Shown here in pieces: positions 27,934 through 39,428 of a DNA stretch of 64,000 bases. The DNA is from Akkermansia muciniphila. Its GTDB lineage: Bacteria; Verrucomicrobiota; Verrucomicrobiia; Opitutales; UBA953. The DNA lies in NCBI GenBank assembly GCA_943331445.1, contig CALQLO010000003.1, forward strand, positions 66,173-130,172, in the 5' to 3' direction. The notes under the pieces are model-generated. The model was not told where the DNA came from. It made no database searches and saw only the letters and a program-made list of their open reading frames with translations. The translations under genes were made by a program, and so were the position numbers. How positions within the stretch are numbered: the stretch's first letter is position 1; every line of letters starts with the position of its first letter.

Positions 27934-29202
27934 ATGCTGGATCCTAAGTTCCTTCGTGAAAATATCGACCTCGTCCGCAAGGGCATCGCCCGGAAGAAGT
28001 TCCAGGTCGATCTCGATGCCGTCTTGGCCGCCGACGAAGCCCGCCGCCATGCGGTGGCCGAGTTCGAGGTCGCCCGCTCGGCGCAGAACGCCGCCAATAA
28101 GGAGATGGCGGCGATGCCCAAGGGCTCACCGGAGTTTCAGGCTAAGGTCGCCGAGATGAAGGCGGCATCCGCCAAGGTGAAGGAGCTCGAAAAAAAGGTT
28201 TCCGAAGTCGAAGAGCAGATGAAGGCGGTCGCTCTTTCGGTCCCCAATATCCCGCACGATTCCGTGCCCGAAGGTCGCACTGAAGCTGACAATAAGGTCG
28301 TGCTCGAGTGGGGCGATCATGGAAAGCTCATCTCTGCAGCCGCCAAGCCGCATTGGGATATCGCCTGGTTCAGTAAGGCCATTGACTTCGAACGTGGCGT
28401 GAAGGTCACCGGTGCGGGCTTCCCTTTCTACGTCGGCGACATGGCCCGCCTCGTCCGCGCGCTGATTCAGTACTTCCTGGAGGAGGCTGGCGCCAATGGC
28501 TACACGGAGGTCCACGCCCCGTTGCTCGTCAACGCCGCTTCCGCTACCGCTACCGGTCAGTTGCCCGATAAGGAAGGGCAGATGTACCACGCCCAGACGG
28601 ATGATTTCTACATGATCCCGACGGCGGAAGTGCCCGTCACAAATTTCTTCCGCGACGAGATTCTCGAGGAGGTTTCCTTGCCCGTGAAGCGTGCAGGCTA
28701 TACGCCGTGCTTCCGTCGCGAAGCTGGCAGCTGGGGCGCCCATGTGCGCGGCCTGAATCGCCTGCACCAGTTCGACAAGGTGGAGCTCGTGAAATGGGTC
28801 CACCCCGAAAAGTCCTTTGAAGAGCTAGAGCTTTTGCGTGGCGACGCCGAGCGTCTCCTTCAGAAGTTAAATCTGCCTTATCGCGTGCTGCTTATTTGTG
28901 CCGGCGATATCGGCTTCTCCCACAGCAAGCAGTACGACCTCGAAGTTTGGGCCGGCGGCCAGAAGCGCTGGCTTGAAGTCTCGAGCTGCTCTAACTTCAC
29001 CGACTTCCAGGCCCGTCGTGCGGGGATACGGTTCCGCCCGAAGGATGGGAAGCCCGAGTTCGTCCATACCCTCAACGGTTCTGGTCTCGGCCTGCCACGC
29101 GTCCTCGCCGCCATCTTGGAGAACAACCTCCAAGCCGACGGCACCGTGCTCGTGCCCGAGGCGCTCCGTCGCTGGTACGGCAAGGAAACGCTGTCGTTCT
29201 GA
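27934..29202 (+). CDS. serS: Seryl-tRNA synthetase
   Basis: It starts MLDPKFLRENIDLV with a coiled-coil arm. Class II motifs TPCFRREAGS and GSGLGLPR are present. ATG at 27934. Confidence 0.95.
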   Translation: MLDPKFLRENIDLVRKGIARKKFQVDLDAVLAADEARRHAVAEFEVARSAQNAANKEMAAMPKGSPEFQAKVAEMKAASAKVKELEKKVSEVEEQMKAVALSVPNIPHDSVPEGRTEADNKVVLEWGDHGKLISAAAKPHWDIAWFSKAIDFERGVKVTGAGFPFYVGDMARLVRALIQYFLEEAGANGYTEVHAPLLVNAASATATGQLPDKEGQMYHAQTDDFYMIPTAEVPVTNFFRDEILEEVSLPVKRAGYTPCFRREAGSWGAHVRGLNRLHQFDKVELVKWVHPEKSFEELELLRGDAERLLQKLNLPYRVLLICAGDIGFSHSKQYDLEVWAGGQKRWLEVSSCSNFTDFQARRAGIRFRPKDGKPEFVHTLNGSGLGLPRVLAAILENNLQADGTVLVPEALRRWYGKETLSF

Positions 29203-29255
29203 CGTCCGCTTTGGATTGGCAGGGCTTCAGTGTCGCGTAGTCTGACTGCGTACCG

Positions 29256-30641
29256 ATGAGCTTGCCTAACTCTGATGCCTTGCGGGTGGCCGCGTTACGG
29301 CTTCCGCGACTGCCATCGATGCCGTCGGTAGCTGGGCCGATCGCGATCGCGGTCTCGGGTGGTGCGGATTCAGTCTACCTACTGTGTGCATTGTGGGCCG
29401 ATGAATCATTGCGGCCGCGCCTTCGTGTTCTCCATCTCGATCACCAGGTCCGAGGCGAAGCCTCTGCGGGAGACGCTTGTTTCGTGGACGCGCTCTGCGC
29501 CGCCCTCGGCGTGCCTTGCGTGCTGGGCTTACGCGAAGGGGCGGGGGCTGCTTCGGAGGCAGACCTGCGCTCCGCCCGCGATACTTTCTTCGCCGAACAG
29601 CGAATGGCTACCGGCTTTGAAATTCTTTGTACTGCTCACCATCTCGATGATGTCGTCGAGAATGCACTGCTGCGCCTCGCTCGCGGTGCGGGGCTGGCCG
29701 GGCTGGCTGCACCGCGGGCCTTGCAGGAGTTTCGCGACGGCCATTGCCGCTGGCGACCGCTCATCGCCGCAGGCCTCACGAAGGCCGACTTACTCTCCGC
29801 CCTCCATGCCGCCGGCCTCCCTTGGCGCGAGGATGCAACGAACATTTTGCCCATCGCGGCCCGCAATCGTATCCGCACCTGGCTGGCCCAAGGCGGAGAG
29901 CAAGCGCTCGGGGTAGGTTATCAGGACGGCTTTGCCCGTTCTGCCCGTATCATTGGCGAAACTCAATGGGCGCTATCGCAGTGGGCGCAGGAACTCGGCT
30001 GTGTCATGGTCGATGGCGCTATGCCCGTGGCTCAGCTCCGCGGCCGCCCAGTAGCCTTAATCCAAGAATGCCTTCGCGGGTTCCTTTATGCGCAAGGCGT
30101 TGCGGATCCGAGCGGACCTTCCCTTGCGTCGCTGACGGCCGCCATGGGTGCCGGTCAAGACGCCCAGTCGGCCGTGCGGGGTTTGCTCGTGCGCGTGCAG
30201 GCCGGTTATCTCTCGGTCTTGAAGGATTCTCCTGTATTAGGACAAACTGAACGTCCGCTACGGTTGGGTGTGCCGGATGAAGAGTGCGGACTGCTAGCGG
30301 AGTTCGCGGATGTCGATGAGGCGCTGTGGGCAAGTCTGTCTCGGGGGGACATTTCGCCCACTCGGGAGGTCTATCTTGTCGCTTCACTTGGGCCGCTTGT
30401 CTGGCGGGGCCGAAGGGAGGGCGACCGCTATCAGCCTCTCGGGTCGTCCGGATCGGCCAAGCTATCCGACCATCTGATTAATCGCAAAATCCCTGTAGCC
30501 CAGCGGGAAGCGTTGCCGGTGGTCATGGCCGATGGGCAGATTCTCTGGGTGCCCGGATTGCCGCCAGCAGAATCCGCGCGTCTGGCAGGGCCGACTAAGG
30601 GGGCTCTCCGGTTGACTTGGCTTGGCCCCTGCTTAGGTTAA
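29256..30641 (+). CDS. tilS: tRNA(Ile)-lysidine synthetase
   Basis: PP-loop IAVSGGADSVYLL plus TAHHLDDVVEN; 461 aa. Confidence 0.85.
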   Translation: MSLPNSDALRVAALRLPRLPSMPSVAGPIAIAVSGGADSVYLLCALWADESLRPRLRVLHLDHQVRGEASAGDACFVDALCAALGVPCVLGLREGAGAASEADLRSARDTFFAEQRMATGFEILCTAHHLDDVVENALLRLARGAGLAGLAAPRALQEFRDGHCRWRPLIAAGLTKADLLSALHAAGLPWREDATNILPIAARNRIRTWLAQGGEQALGVGYQDGFARSARIIGETQWALSQWAQELGCVMVDGAMPVAQLRGRPVALIQECLRGFLYAQGVADPSGPSLASLTAAMGAGQDAQSAVRGLLVRVQAGYLSVLKDSPVLGQTERPLRLGVPDEECGLLAEFADVDEALWASLSRGDISPTREVYLVASLGPLVWRGRREGDRYQPLGSSGSAKLSDHLINRKIPVAQREALPVVMADGQILWVPGLPPAESARLAGPTKGALRLTWLGPCLG

Positions 30642-30652
30642 AACCTCTGCCC

Positions 30653-32641
30653 ATGAGCCAAAACGATAATCAGGATAATCGCAACGGGCCGCGCATGAAC
30701 GCCAAGCCCGTGTTGGTCTGGTTGCTGCTCATGGCCGCCATCATCGCTCTTTTTAATATCCCGAACGCCGCCACGGTCGGTGCTCCCCAGAAGCTGACGG
30801 CCTCTCAAGTCCTCGCCGCTGCCAAGGAGGATAAGATTCAAAGCCTCACATTGCGCGGTGACCGCAGTGCAGGTGAGGGCTGGGTGCATCTGTCAGGGGA
30901 GCTCAAGGTTGCGGGGGCCAAGCCCGGGGATAACAACAAGTTTACCGCTGAAGGCTCCCTTACTCCGGCGGATCGCGACCTCTTGCGTGCCCGGATTCCG
31001 ACGGATTCTTTTAAGGACGTCGCTGAACAGACCGGCTGGTCCATGTTCCTTTACAGCACGCTGCCGACGTTGCTCGTCTCCGGCATCGTGTTGTTCATGA
31101 TGTACCGCTTTCTGAAGAATGCGAACCGGGGTGCGATGCAGTTCGCCAAGTCCCGGGCGCGTCTCAATGCCAACGAAAAGGAAGCCACCACTTTTAAGGA
31201 CGTCGCTGGCTGTGATGAGGCGAAGGAAGAGGTGAAGGAGATTGTCGACTTCCTGAAGGATCCGAAGCGTTTTACGCGCATCGGCGCCAGCATCCCGAAG
31301 GGCGTGCTCATGGTCGGGCCTCCTGGTACTGGCAAGACGTTGCTCGCCCGCGCGGTCGCCGGCGAAGCAGGGGTGCCGTTCCTGAGCATCAGCGGCTCGG
31401 ATTTCGTCGAGATGTTTGTGGGAGTCGGCGCCGCCCGCGTACGCGACACCTTTGAGCAGGCCCGCAAAATGGCACCTTGCATTATCTTTATCGACGAGAT
31501 CGATGCGGTTGGCCGCCAGCGCGGTGCCGGCGTCGGCGGTGGTAATGATGAGCGTGAGCAGACGTTGAACTCCTTGCTGGTTGAGATGGATGGCTTTGAT
31601 GGCCAGGCTGGCGTGATCGTGATCGGGGCGACCAATCGCGCCGACGTGCTGGATGCCGCCCTGTTGCGGCCGGGTCGCTTCGATCGCCAGGTGTTTGTCG
31701 ACCTTCCTGACTTGCGCGGACGCGAAGCGGTTCTTGCCGTCCACGCCAAGCGGTTCCAGTTGGCCCCCTCAGTGGATTTACAACGAGTCGCGCGTATCAC
31801 GACCGGCATGTCCGGCGCGGACCTCGCGAATCTTTTGAATGAAGGGGCGCTGCATGCGGGTCGCCGTAATCGCGAAAAAGTCGAGATGTCGGACATCGAA
31901 GAGGCTCGCGACAAAATCGCCTATGGCCGCGAGCGCAAGAAGGTCATGGATGATTCTGACCTTAAGAACACTGCTTACCATGAAGCTGGCCACGCCGTCG
32001 TGCAGGCCCTGATTGATGATGGCGCTTTGCCTTTGCATAAGGTCACCATCATCCCTCGTGGCCGCGCTCTCGGGATGGCGATGCTCATGCCCACCAAGGA
32101 AATCTTGGGTTACACCCGCAAGCGACTACTCGACTACATCTGCATGGCCATGGCTGGTCGGGTCGGCGAGAAAGTCGTCTCCGGAGAAATTTCCAACGGT
32201 GCTTCGAGCGACATCAAGCAGGCTACCCGTTTCGCTCGTCAGATGGTGTGCGACTGGGGGATGAGCGACCTCGGACCCATCGCCTTCGGCGAAAACTCCG
32301 ACACGGTTTTCCTCGGCCGCGAAATTTCGCGCACCCAGAATCACAGTGACGAGACCGCCCGCCGGATTGACGAGGCCATTTCCTCCATCGTGAAGGAGCA
32401 GTATGCCCGCGCCGAGAAACTCATCGCTGACAACGCCGATGCCCATCGCAAGATCGCCGAAGCCCTCTTGGAGTTCGAGACCCTGGATGGCGTGCATGTC
32501 ATGGAAATTCTTAAGACTGGAGCTATCCAGACGCCTATCGTCGCGGCGCCTGAGGTGGTCGCCCCCGCCGCCACGACTTCCCCTGTCCCGACTCGGGCTG
32601 AACCCGACTCGGGGATGCAGTCGGCTCCTAGCCCCGCTTGA
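30653..32641 (+). CDS. ftsH: ATP-dependent zinc metalloprotease FtsH
   Basis: [20 protein letters not shown], and zinc site HEAGHAV, with two N-terminal TM segments. ATG at 30653. Confidence 0.95.
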   Translation: MSQNDNQDNRNGPRMNAKPVLVWLLLMAAIIALFNIPNAATVGAPQKLTASQVLAAAKEDKIQSLTLRGDRSAGEGWVHLSGELKVAGAKPGDNNKFTAEGSLTPADRDLLRARIPTDSFKDVAEQTGWSMFLYSTLPTLLVSGIVLFMMYRFLKNANRGAMQFAKSRARLNANEKEATTFKDVAGCDEAKEEVKEIVDFLKDPKRFTRIGASIPKGVLMVGPPGTGKTLLARAVAGEAGVPFLSISGSDFVEMFVGVGAARVRDTFEQARKMAPCIIFIDEIDAVGRQRGAGVGGGNDEREQTLNSLLVEMDGFDGQAGVIVIGATNRADVLDAALLRPGRFDRQVFVDLPDLRGREAVLAVHAKRFQLAPSVDLQRVARITTGMSGADLANLLNEGALHAGRRNREKVEMSDIEEARDKIAYGRERKKVMDDSDLKNTAYHEAGHAVVQALIDDGALPLHKVTIIPRGRALGMAMLMPTKEILGYTRKRLLDYICMAMAGRVGEKVVSGEISNGASSDIKQATRFARQMVCDWGMSDLGPIAFGENSDTVFLGREISRTQNHSDETARRIDEAISSIVKEQYARAEKLIADNADAHRKIAEALLEFETLDGVHVMEILKTGAIQTPIVAAPEVVAPAATTSPVPTRAEPDSGMQSAPSPA

Positions 32642-32678
32642 GGTTTGCCTCGTCGGCCTAGCTAACTAGGCTCACGGC

Positions 32679-33254
32679 ATGGTCATCGGACTCACTGGCG
32701 GGATAGGCTGCGGAAAGTCCGCAGCGGCCGCTTTCTTTGCCGAGTTGGGCTTTCAGGTTATTGATGCCGATAAACTTGCGAGGCAGGTCCTCGAGTCCCC
32801 GGCCTGCGTCGCCCAGCTTCAGGCTCACTGGGGTCGCGACTGTCTTGATTCAGTCGGCCTGCCTAATCGCGCTTGGATAGCCGCCAAGGTTTTCGCTGAG
32901 CCTGCTGAGCTCGCGTTTCTGGAGGGGCTGACTCACCCTGAGGTGGCCCGGCAGCGCCAAAACCTCATTGCCCAGCACAATGGCGATACGGTCGTTGAGA
33001 TCCCGTTGCTTTTTGAGAAGAATTTAGGCGCTGAGTTTTCGACTGTCGTTTGCGTGGCAAGTTCTGACGCCATTCGACGGGAGCGGTTACGCCTTCGTGG
33101 TCTTTCGGAGGTGCAAATTACCGCGAGGATTAATTCACAAATACCTATTGAGCAGAAGGTTAAGGGCTCAGACTTTGTGATTTGGAACGATGGAGAGCTT
33201 TCTTTTCTTCGGCAGCAGGTCGGGCGATTGGTAACCCAGTTGCGCGGTCGATGA
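32679..33254 (+). CDS. coaE: Dephospho-CoA kinase
   Basis: MVIGLTGGIGCGKS P-loop; 191 aa. Confidence 0.85.
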   Translation: MVIGLTGGIGCGKSAAAAFFAELGFQVIDADKLARQVLESPACVAQLQAHWGRDCLDSVGLPNRAWIAAKVFAEPAELAFLEGLTHPEVARQRQNLIAQHNGDTVVEIPLLFEKNLGAEFSTVVCVASSDAIRRERLRLRGLSEVQITARINSQIPIEQKVKGSDFVIWNDGELSFLRQQVGRLVTQLRGR

Positions 33255-33382
33255 AATCGGTAGGTTTTCGCTTAATTTGCGGTTGCGGGTAAGGTTCCCT
33301 GATTTAGGTTATTTTACCCCGCCGTTCCTCTCCAAGAGGCCCTGCATTTCTACCCCCATCTTCCGCTCCGGACTTCCCTACT

Positions 33383-35101
33383 GTGACGACCGCCGACGAC
33401 TACGTCATTCAATTCATTCAGGACAAGGGGCTCGTGTCCCCTGCCGACGTGACGCAGGCCAGGGCTGACCTTGGCGCCATTCCGGAAGGGCAGAACCCTG
33501 ACACCTTGGCTTTGGCTAAGCTGGTGGAGACCGGCAAGGTGGCGTGGGCTAAAATCACTGAGGCGCTCAGCAAGGAATTCGATATGGAGCTGGTGGATCT
33601 TTCACAGATCGCCCCGGCCGAGGATGTGCTCAAACTGATTAGTCGCGACCAAGCCGAGCGTCATAATATCCTGCCGCTGCAGATGGACGGCGTCGAACTG
33701 GTCGTCGCTATTTCCGACCCCCTCGACACTGAGACGATCGACTCGATTTCCCGGATGCTGAAGGTGGCCCTGAATCCGAAGCTGGCCCCGCCCGAGGAGC
33801 TTAAGGCGGCAATCTCTCGCTGCTATAACGGCGGCCAGATGAGCGTGTCCTACGATGATATTTTAGGTAAGTCCGAAGAGGGCGGTTTATCGGTAGAGCT
33901 CCCGCAGGGTGGCGACGTCAAGGAGGACGACGCTCCCATCATCCGCTATGTCAACTCGCTCATCGTTGACGCCATTCGCCGCAAGGCTTCCGATATTCAC
34001 CTCGAGCCCCTAGAGAAACGCTTCCGCGTGCGCTTCCGTATCGACGGCGTCTTGCAGGAAATGAAGGGCCCACCTAAGCGCCTGCAGGCTTCCGTGATTT
34101 CCCGCCTCAAGTTGATGGCGGAAGTTTCGCTCGCCGAGAAACGCATCCCGCAGGACGGCCGTATTCAAGCCCGCACGGGCGGCCGCGACATTGACTTGCG
34201 CGTCTCCGTGCTGCCCACGGTTTATGGCGAATCCATCGTCATGCGAATTCTCGACAAGGAGGGCCTTAAGCTCGGCCTGCCGGAGTTGGGCTTCTTCGCT
34301 GACGACCAAGCTAAGTTCCAAGGGCTGATTTCGGGTTCAGACGGGGTTTTCCTGGTCACCGGCCCGACGGGTTCGGGCAAGTCCACCACCCTGTATTCCG
34401 CGCTTAACTACATCAATAAGCCGGACCGAAAAATCATCACGGTCGAAGACCCGGTCGAATACCAGATGGCCGGCATCAATCAGGTGCAGGTGAAGCGCGA
34501 TGTCGGTATGACCTTCGCCGCCGCCCTTCGCGCAATGCTTCGTCAGGCGCCCAACATCGTGATGATTGGGGAAATTCGAGATCTTGAGACCGCGGAAATC
34601 GCCATCAATGCGGCGCTCACCGGCCACATGGTTTTCTCCACGCTGCACACCAACGATTCCGTCAGTGCGGTCACCCGACTCGTTGATATCGGGGTTAAGC
34701 CGTTCCTCGTTTCCGCCGCGCTCCGCGGGGCGTTGGCCCAACGACTCGTCCGCCGCATTTGCCAGTCCTGTGCGCAGCCCTACAAGCCCAATGCGAAGGA
34801 ACTCTATTCCATCGGCATGTCCGAGCAGGACATGGCCGGAGCGACCCCCATGAAAGGTGCCGGTTGCGTCAAGTGCGGCGAGCGTGGCTACAAGGGACGC
34901 CGTGGTGTCTTTGAGATGTTCGTCATCACCGAGGAAATCCAGGAGATGATTTACAGCGGCGCAAATCTCGTCGACCTACGACGCAAGGCGCGCGAAGCCG
35001 GCATGCGCACGATGCGCGAAGACGGCCAGCGCAAGGTGGCCTCGGGCATGACCACCATCGAGGAGGTCATGGGTGCCACCGTGGCTGACGACATTATCTA
35101 A
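33383..35101 (+). CDS. pilB: Type IV pilus / type II secretion assembly ATPase (GspE/PilB family), copy 1
   Basis: It has a GspE-N-like N-terminal domain and Walker [11 protein letters not shown]. The Asp/His boxes include [13 protein letters not shown]. The tetracysteine is CQSC...[15 protein letters not shown] start. Confidence 0.85.
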   Translation: MTTADDYVIQFIQDKGLVSPADVTQARADLGAIPEGQNPDTLALAKLVETGKVAWAKITEALSKEFDMELVDLSQIAPAEDVLKLISRDQAERHNILPLQMDGVELVVAISDPLDTETIDSISRMLKVALNPKLAPPEELKAAISRCYNGGQMSVSYDDILGKSEEGGLSVELPQGGDVKEDDAPIIRYVNSLIVDAIRRKASDIHLEPLEKRFRVRFRIDGVLQEMKGPPKRLQASVISRLKLMAEVSLAEKRIPQDGRIQARTGGRDIDLRVSVLPTVYGESIVMRILDKEGLKLGLPELGFFADDQAKFQGLISGSDGVFLVTGPTGSGKSTTLYSALNYINKPDRKIITVEDPVEYQMAGINQVQVKRDVGMTFAAALRAMLRQAPNIVMIGEIRDLETAEIAINAALTGHMVFSTLHTNDSVSAVTRLVDIGVKPFLVSAALRGALAQRLVRRICQSCAQPYKPNAKELYSIGMSEQDMAGATPMKGAGCVKCGERGYKGRRGVFEMFVITEEIQEMIYSGANLVDLRRKAREAGMRTMREDGQRKVASGMTTIEEVMGATVADDII

Positions 35102-35106
35102 TATCG

Positions 35107-36180
35107 ATGGCCTACGAGATGAATCAGTTGCTGGAGGCGATGACCGAGAACGGTGCTTCCGATCTGCATATTCATGTGGGCCGCTCTCCCTGTCTGCGGG
35201 TCAATGGCATCGTCGTCTCTGTGGATGGTCCCGCGCTGACCGAAGCCGAAGTCGAGCGTCTGGTCAGATCGGTGGTGCCCGTTGCTCAGCTCCCGCGTCT
35301 CGAGAAGGACGGCGGGTGCGATTTCGCTTTTTCCTTTCGTGATAAATGCCGCTTGCGCGTGAATGCCTTCCGCGGCCACGGAGCCTACGGCATGGTTCTG
35401 CGTCTCCTGCCTTCGGCAATGTTCACGCTCGAGCAGCTGCGACTCCCCTCCGTCATCAAAGATTTGCTGCGGCGAGCTCGCGGTTTGGTGCTGGTCACTG
35501 GGCCGACCGGCTCCGGGAAATCCACCACCCTCGCTTCGATGATCAACTGGATCAACGAGAACGAGCAGGGCCACATCATCACCATCGAAGACCCGATCGA
35601 GTATACGCACGAGCACAAGAGCTGCATGGTCACCCAACGCGAGGTTGGGGTCGATTTGCCGTCGTTTGCTGAGGGTGTTCGGGCCGCGCTTCGTCAGGAT
35701 CCAGATGTCATCTTAATCGGGGAAATGCGCGACCTTGAGACGATCGAAGCCGCGGTCACCGCCGCCGAGACGGGCCACCTTGTGCTCGCCACCCTGCATA
35801 CCTCCGGCGCCGCCCGCACCATCGATCGCATCATCGATGCTTTCCCCGCCAACGCGCGCGAACAGATTCGGGCGCAGCTTTCGACCTCGCTGACCGCCGT
35901 GATTTCGCAGTGCCTGTTGCACACCAAGGAAGACAAGCGGGTCGCCGCCTTTGAGATCATGCTGCGGACGGATGGCGTGGCCGCAAAAATTCGCGAAGGC
36001 AAGACCTACCAACTGTTGACGGATATCGAAACCGGCGGCGTGCGCGGGATGCGCACCTTGGACAGCGACCTGCTCTCGCTCTGCCATCAAGGCCTCGTTT
36101 CGGAGGACGAAATCTTTAACTACTGTCAGAATCCCGAAGCGATGCGTGACCGCATTAAAGCTGCGCCCGCTGCTCGCTAA
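35107..36180 (+). CDS. pilT: Twitching-motility retraction ATPase PilT
   Basis: 357 aa with [24 protein letters not shown] and [10 protein letters not shown], and no N-terminal GspE-N extension. Confidence 0.9.
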   Translation: MAYEMNQLLEAMTENGASDLHIHVGRSPCLRVNGIVVSVDGPALTEAEVERLVRSVVPVAQLPRLEKDGGCDFAFSFRDKCRLRVNAFRGHGAYGMVLRLLPSAMFTLEQLRLPSVIKDLLRRARGLVLVTGPTGSGKSTTLASMINWINENEQGHIITIEDPIEYTHEHKSCMVTQREVGVDLPSFAEGVRAALRQDPDVILIGEMRDLETIEAAVTAAETGHLVLATLHTSGAARTIDRIIDAFPANAREQIRAQLSTSLTAVISQCLLHTKEDKRVAAFEIMLRTDGVAAKIREGKTYQLLTDIETGGVRGMRTLDSDLLSLCHQGLVSEDEIFNYCQNPEAMRDRIKAAPAAR

Positions 36181-36206
36181 ACTTTCCCACCCCTTATTCT
36201 ATTCCC

Positions 36207-37892
36207 ATGTTTGACGACCACAGCGACCTGATCCGCGATATCGCCCTTGAGGCGGGACTCGTCTCGCCTCCCCAGGCCGAAGAAATCTGGGAGTCGCACG
36301 GCCTGACGGGCAAATCCTTCTCCGAGTCGATGATCGACGCCGGCCTGGCCGACCGTCCGACCATTCTCCAGGCGGTCGCGGATCACTTGCATGTACAGTT
36401 TTATGCCGCCGTGCCGCATGAACTCGGGGATGATTTAATCAAGCTCCTCAAGCCGGCGCAGGCGCACAAATACGTCGTGATTCCGGTTTCGGATGAGGCG
36501 GGAAAGCTCACGCTGCTCGCCAAGGACCCGTTCAACTCGGCGGCCGTCAATGAGCTGACCTTTATTCTCCAGCGTGACATCGAGTTGGCTGTCGCCGATC
36601 CGGCGTTGGTGGAGTCCGCGGTTATTCGTGTTTACGGGGAGCCTTCCTCTTCCTCGATGGAAGATCTGTTGGGTGAATTCGATCAAGTTGAAGGCGGCGT
36701 CCCGGTTACGGATGAGGACGTCGTCAATCAGGCCAGCCAGGCTCCGATTATTCGCTTCGTCGACCTCGTGCTGCAAGAAGGGGTCAAAGCCAAGGCTTCC
36801 GATATTCACTTCGAGCCGTTCGAGCATGAGTTCCGTATCCGCCTGCGCATCGACGGCTCTTTGTATGAAATGGCGCCGCCACCCAAGAATCTCGCGTCGG
36901 CGGTCATCGCCCGCGTCAAGGTGCTCTCTTCGCTGAATATCGCCGAACGGCGCGTACCCCAGGATGGTCGTATCAAGACCACCATCAGTGGACGCGCTAT
37001 CGATTTACGCGTCTCGACGCTGCCGACCCAGTTTGGCGAGTCCGTCGTGCTCCGTATCTTGGACAAGACCGTCGTCAACCTGAGCCTCGACGCACTGTCG
37101 ATGCAGGATGACATCAAGGAAGGCATCCGGGCGATGGTCAGCCGGCCGAACGGAATCTTCATTGTCACCGGCCCGACGGGTTCCGGTAAGACGACCACGC
37201 TTTATTCCGCGCTCCGTGAAGTGAATACCGAGGACATGAAAATCCTCACGGCCGAAGACCCGGTCGAATACGAAGTTGAAGGCATCATGCAGGTTCCGAT
37301 TAACCATCAGGTCGGGCTCACCTTTGCGGCCGCGCTCCGTTCGTTCCTTCGCCAAGACCCTGACACAATCATGGTTGGTGAAATCCGTGACCTTGAGACC
37401 GCCCAGATTGCCGTGCAGGCCTCGCTGACTGGCCACGTCGTGCTCTCGACGCTTCACACCAACGACGCCCCGGGTGCCGTGACCCGTCTGATTGATATGG
37501 GACTCGAGCCCTTCCTGATCTCCGCTTCGCTCGAAGGGATCCTCGCCCAACGTCTGCTCCGCCGCATTTGTAAGTCCTGCCGCACCGCCTACGAGCCGGA
37601 TAAGGACGTCATCAACATGCTCGATGTGGACGCCTTGGAGATCTCCAACAAGAAGTTCTACTTCGGAAAGGGGTGTGCAGAGTGCAATCGTGCCGGGTAC
37701 CGCGGACGCCAAGGCCTCTTTGAGCTGATGTCTATTAACGACAATATCCGCACCCTTATCACGCAGAAGGCGCCGACCTTGGTGCTCAAGCAGAAGGCCA
37801 TCGAATCCGGCATGCGTCCGCTCCGCGAGGATGGTCTGCGTTGCATCTTTGACGGACTGACTACTATCGAGGAAGTCCTTAAGTACACCTAA
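36207..37892 (+). CDS. Type IV pilus / type II secretion assembly ATPase (GspE/PilB family), copy 2
   Basis: Walker [24 protein letters not shown], and tetracysteine CKSC...[12 protein letters not shown]. Its N-terminal domain differs from copy 1. Confidence 0.85.
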   Translation: MFDDHSDLIRDIALEAGLVSPPQAEEIWESHGLTGKSFSESMIDAGLADRPTILQAVADHLHVQFYAAVPHELGDDLIKLLKPAQAHKYVVIPVSDEAGKLTLLAKDPFNSAAVNELTFILQRDIELAVADPALVESAVIRVYGEPSSSSMEDLLGEFDQVEGGVPVTDEDVVNQASQAPIIRFVDLVLQEGVKAKASDIHFEPFEHEFRIRLRIDGSLYEMAPPPKNLASAVIARVKVLSSLNIAERRVPQDGRIKTTISGRAIDLRVSTLPTQFGESVVLRILDKTVVNLSLDALSMQDDIKEGIRAMVSRPNGIFIVTGPTGSGKTTTLYSALREVNTEDMKILTAEDPVEYEVEGIMQVPINHQVGLTFAAALRSFLRQDPDTIMVGEIRDLETAQIAVQASLTGHVVLSTLHTNDAPGAVTRLIDMGLEPFLISASLEGILAQRLLRRICKSCRTAYEPDKDVINMLDVDALEISNKKFYFGKGCAECNRAGYRGRQGLFELMSINDNIRTLITQKAPTLVLKQKAIESGMRPLREDGLRCIFDGLTTIEEVLKYT

Positions 37893-37912
37893 CCCCTTAC
37901 CCAGCCACCCCT

Positions 37913-39163
37913 ATGCCCGACTACAAGTACACCGCTATCGACAAAGGCGGCAACCAGACCTCCGGAACTGTCGATGCCGCCAATGATGAGCAGGCGCGCT
38001 CCAAGCTCATGGCGCGCGGCTTGATGGTCACGACATTGAATGCCAATGCCGGTGCCCCCAAGTCCGCATCCTCCGCGGCCTCTGCCCCGGCTTCCGCCCC
38101 GAGGTCGGGATTGTTCGGCGCCAAGGTTTCCTCCGATGACGTCACCCTGATGACGCGTCAGCTCGCGACGCTGATTATCGCAGGTTTGCCGTTGTTGCGG
38201 GCGCTGGAACTAATCACCAAGCAGGAACGCAATCCAGCCTTCGCCCGCGTCCTCGCCAATGTCGCTGATAGCGTCTCGCAGGGCAATAACCTCTCCGAGG
38301 CTCTGCAGGCCCATCCGAAGGTCTTCGACCGTCTCTTTGTCAACATGGTCCGTGCCGGCGAGGCGGGCGGCGTGCTTGATAAGGTTCTCGATCGTCTGGC
38401 CAAATTCCGGGAAAAGGCCGCTCGCATCCAGAAGAAGGTCAAGTCGGCCATGGTGTATCCTGGCGTCGTCATGTCGGTCGCCATCGTTATCGTCTACATC
38501 CTGATGGTGAAGGTTGTCCCGTCTTTCCAGAAGTTACTGGATGGCCAGAAGACCCAGATGCCGCCGTTAACCCAGTTCGTTGTGGGCATCTCCAAGGCCC
38601 TCACGGTTTACTGGTGGGCTACGCCAGTCATCATCGTTGGGATCGTCGTCGGATTGAAGCAGGTTCTGTCGAGCGAGAAGGGCAAGGAAGTCTTTGATAA
38701 GATCATCTTAAAAGTACCGAAGGTCGGTGCTTTCGTAACGGTCGTCACCGTCTCCCGCTTCGCGCGTACCTTCGGTACCTTGATGGCTTCCGGGGTGCCG
38801 ATTCTCCAGGCGATCACGATCACCCGCGACACCCTCGATAACGCCGTCATCGCGAAAGCGTTGGAGAAAGTGCATGACCGAGTTCGCGATGGCGAAGCGC
38901 TTTCTGTGCCACTCGAGCAATCGAAGTTATTCCCGCAGATGGTCACCTCGATGATTCAGGTCGGCGAAGAAACGGGTCAGCTGCCCGAGATGCTTAACCG
39001 CGTTGCGGACATCTATGACGAAGACGTTGATAACGCCGTGACCGCGCTCACTTCGATCATCGAGCCTATCCTCATCGTGTTCCTCGCCGTGGTGGTCGGC
39101 ACGATCGTTCTCGCGATGTTCCTGCCGCTCATCGCGCTCATCACGAAGATGACCGGGGGCTAA
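37913..39163 (+). CDS. pilC: Type IV pilus platform protein (GspF/PilC family)
   Basis: 416 aa with two T2SSF repeats (FTRQLATLIIAGLPL... and FARTFGTLMASGVPI...) and three TM segments. Confidence 0.85.
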   Translation: MPDYKYTAIDKGGNQTSGTVDAANDEQARSKLMARGLMVTTLNANAGAPKSASSAASAPASAPRSGLFGAKVSSDDVTLMTRQLATLIIAGLPLLRALELITKQERNPAFARVLANVADSVSQGNNLSEALQAHPKVFDRLFVNMVRAGEAGGVLDKVLDRLAKFREKAARIQKKVKSAMVYPGVVMSVAIVIVYILMVKVVPSFQKLLDGQKTQMPPLTQFVVGISKALTVYWWATPVIIVGIVVGLKQVLSSEKGKEVFDKIILKVPKVGAFVTVVTVSRFARTFGTLMASGVPILQAITITRDTLDNAVIAKALEKVHDRVRDGEALSVPLEQSKLFPQMVTSMIQVGEETGQLPEMLNRVADIYDEDVDNAVTALTSIIEPILIVFLAVVVGTIVLAMFLPLIALITKMTGG

Positions 39164-39181
39164 TCAGCCCTTCAGCAAAGC

Positions 39182-39219
39182 AAGAAGCCCGGTCCAAGTG
39201 GATCGGGCTTCTTTGTTTT
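39182..39219 (+). terminator. Rho-independent terminator after pilC
   Basis: AAGAAGCCCG-(12-nt loop)-CGGGCTTCTT followed by tgtttt. Confidence 0.75.
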
Positions 39220-39246
39220 GGTCAGATTCGTGACCCCCTAAAAAGG

Positions 39247-39285
39247 AGGCGGCTTGCATACCCCTATGCAAGCCGCCTGTTTTTT
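39247..39285. terminator. Second strong hairpin; likely terminator of the convergent tRNA-Met transcript, or a back-up for the pil operon
   Basis: aaaa-AGGCGGCTTGCATA-cccc-TATGCAAGCCGCCT-gtttttt: a 14-bp stem with an A-run and a T-run on both sides. Confidence 0.7.
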
Positions 39286-39428
39286 ACTGCTTTATCTTAC
39301 TTACCCCATTGTCCCGTAGGACAAAGTTAATACCTGATACCGTGCAATTAAATCGGACTCCTTCAACACTAATCCGACGGCTTTTCAGGTTTTGTTGATT
39401 AAACCACTATCAATCAACGATTTAAAAT

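Noticed and set aside
33383-37892. Possible c-di-GMP-binding MshEN motif in the N-termini of the two PilB-like ATPases (for example [54 protein letters not shown]).
   Set aside because: The spacing resembles the tandem 24-residue MshEN motif. However, the key leading Arg-Leu-Gly residues are absent or out of register in both copies, so I cannot support c-di-GMP binding from sequence alone.
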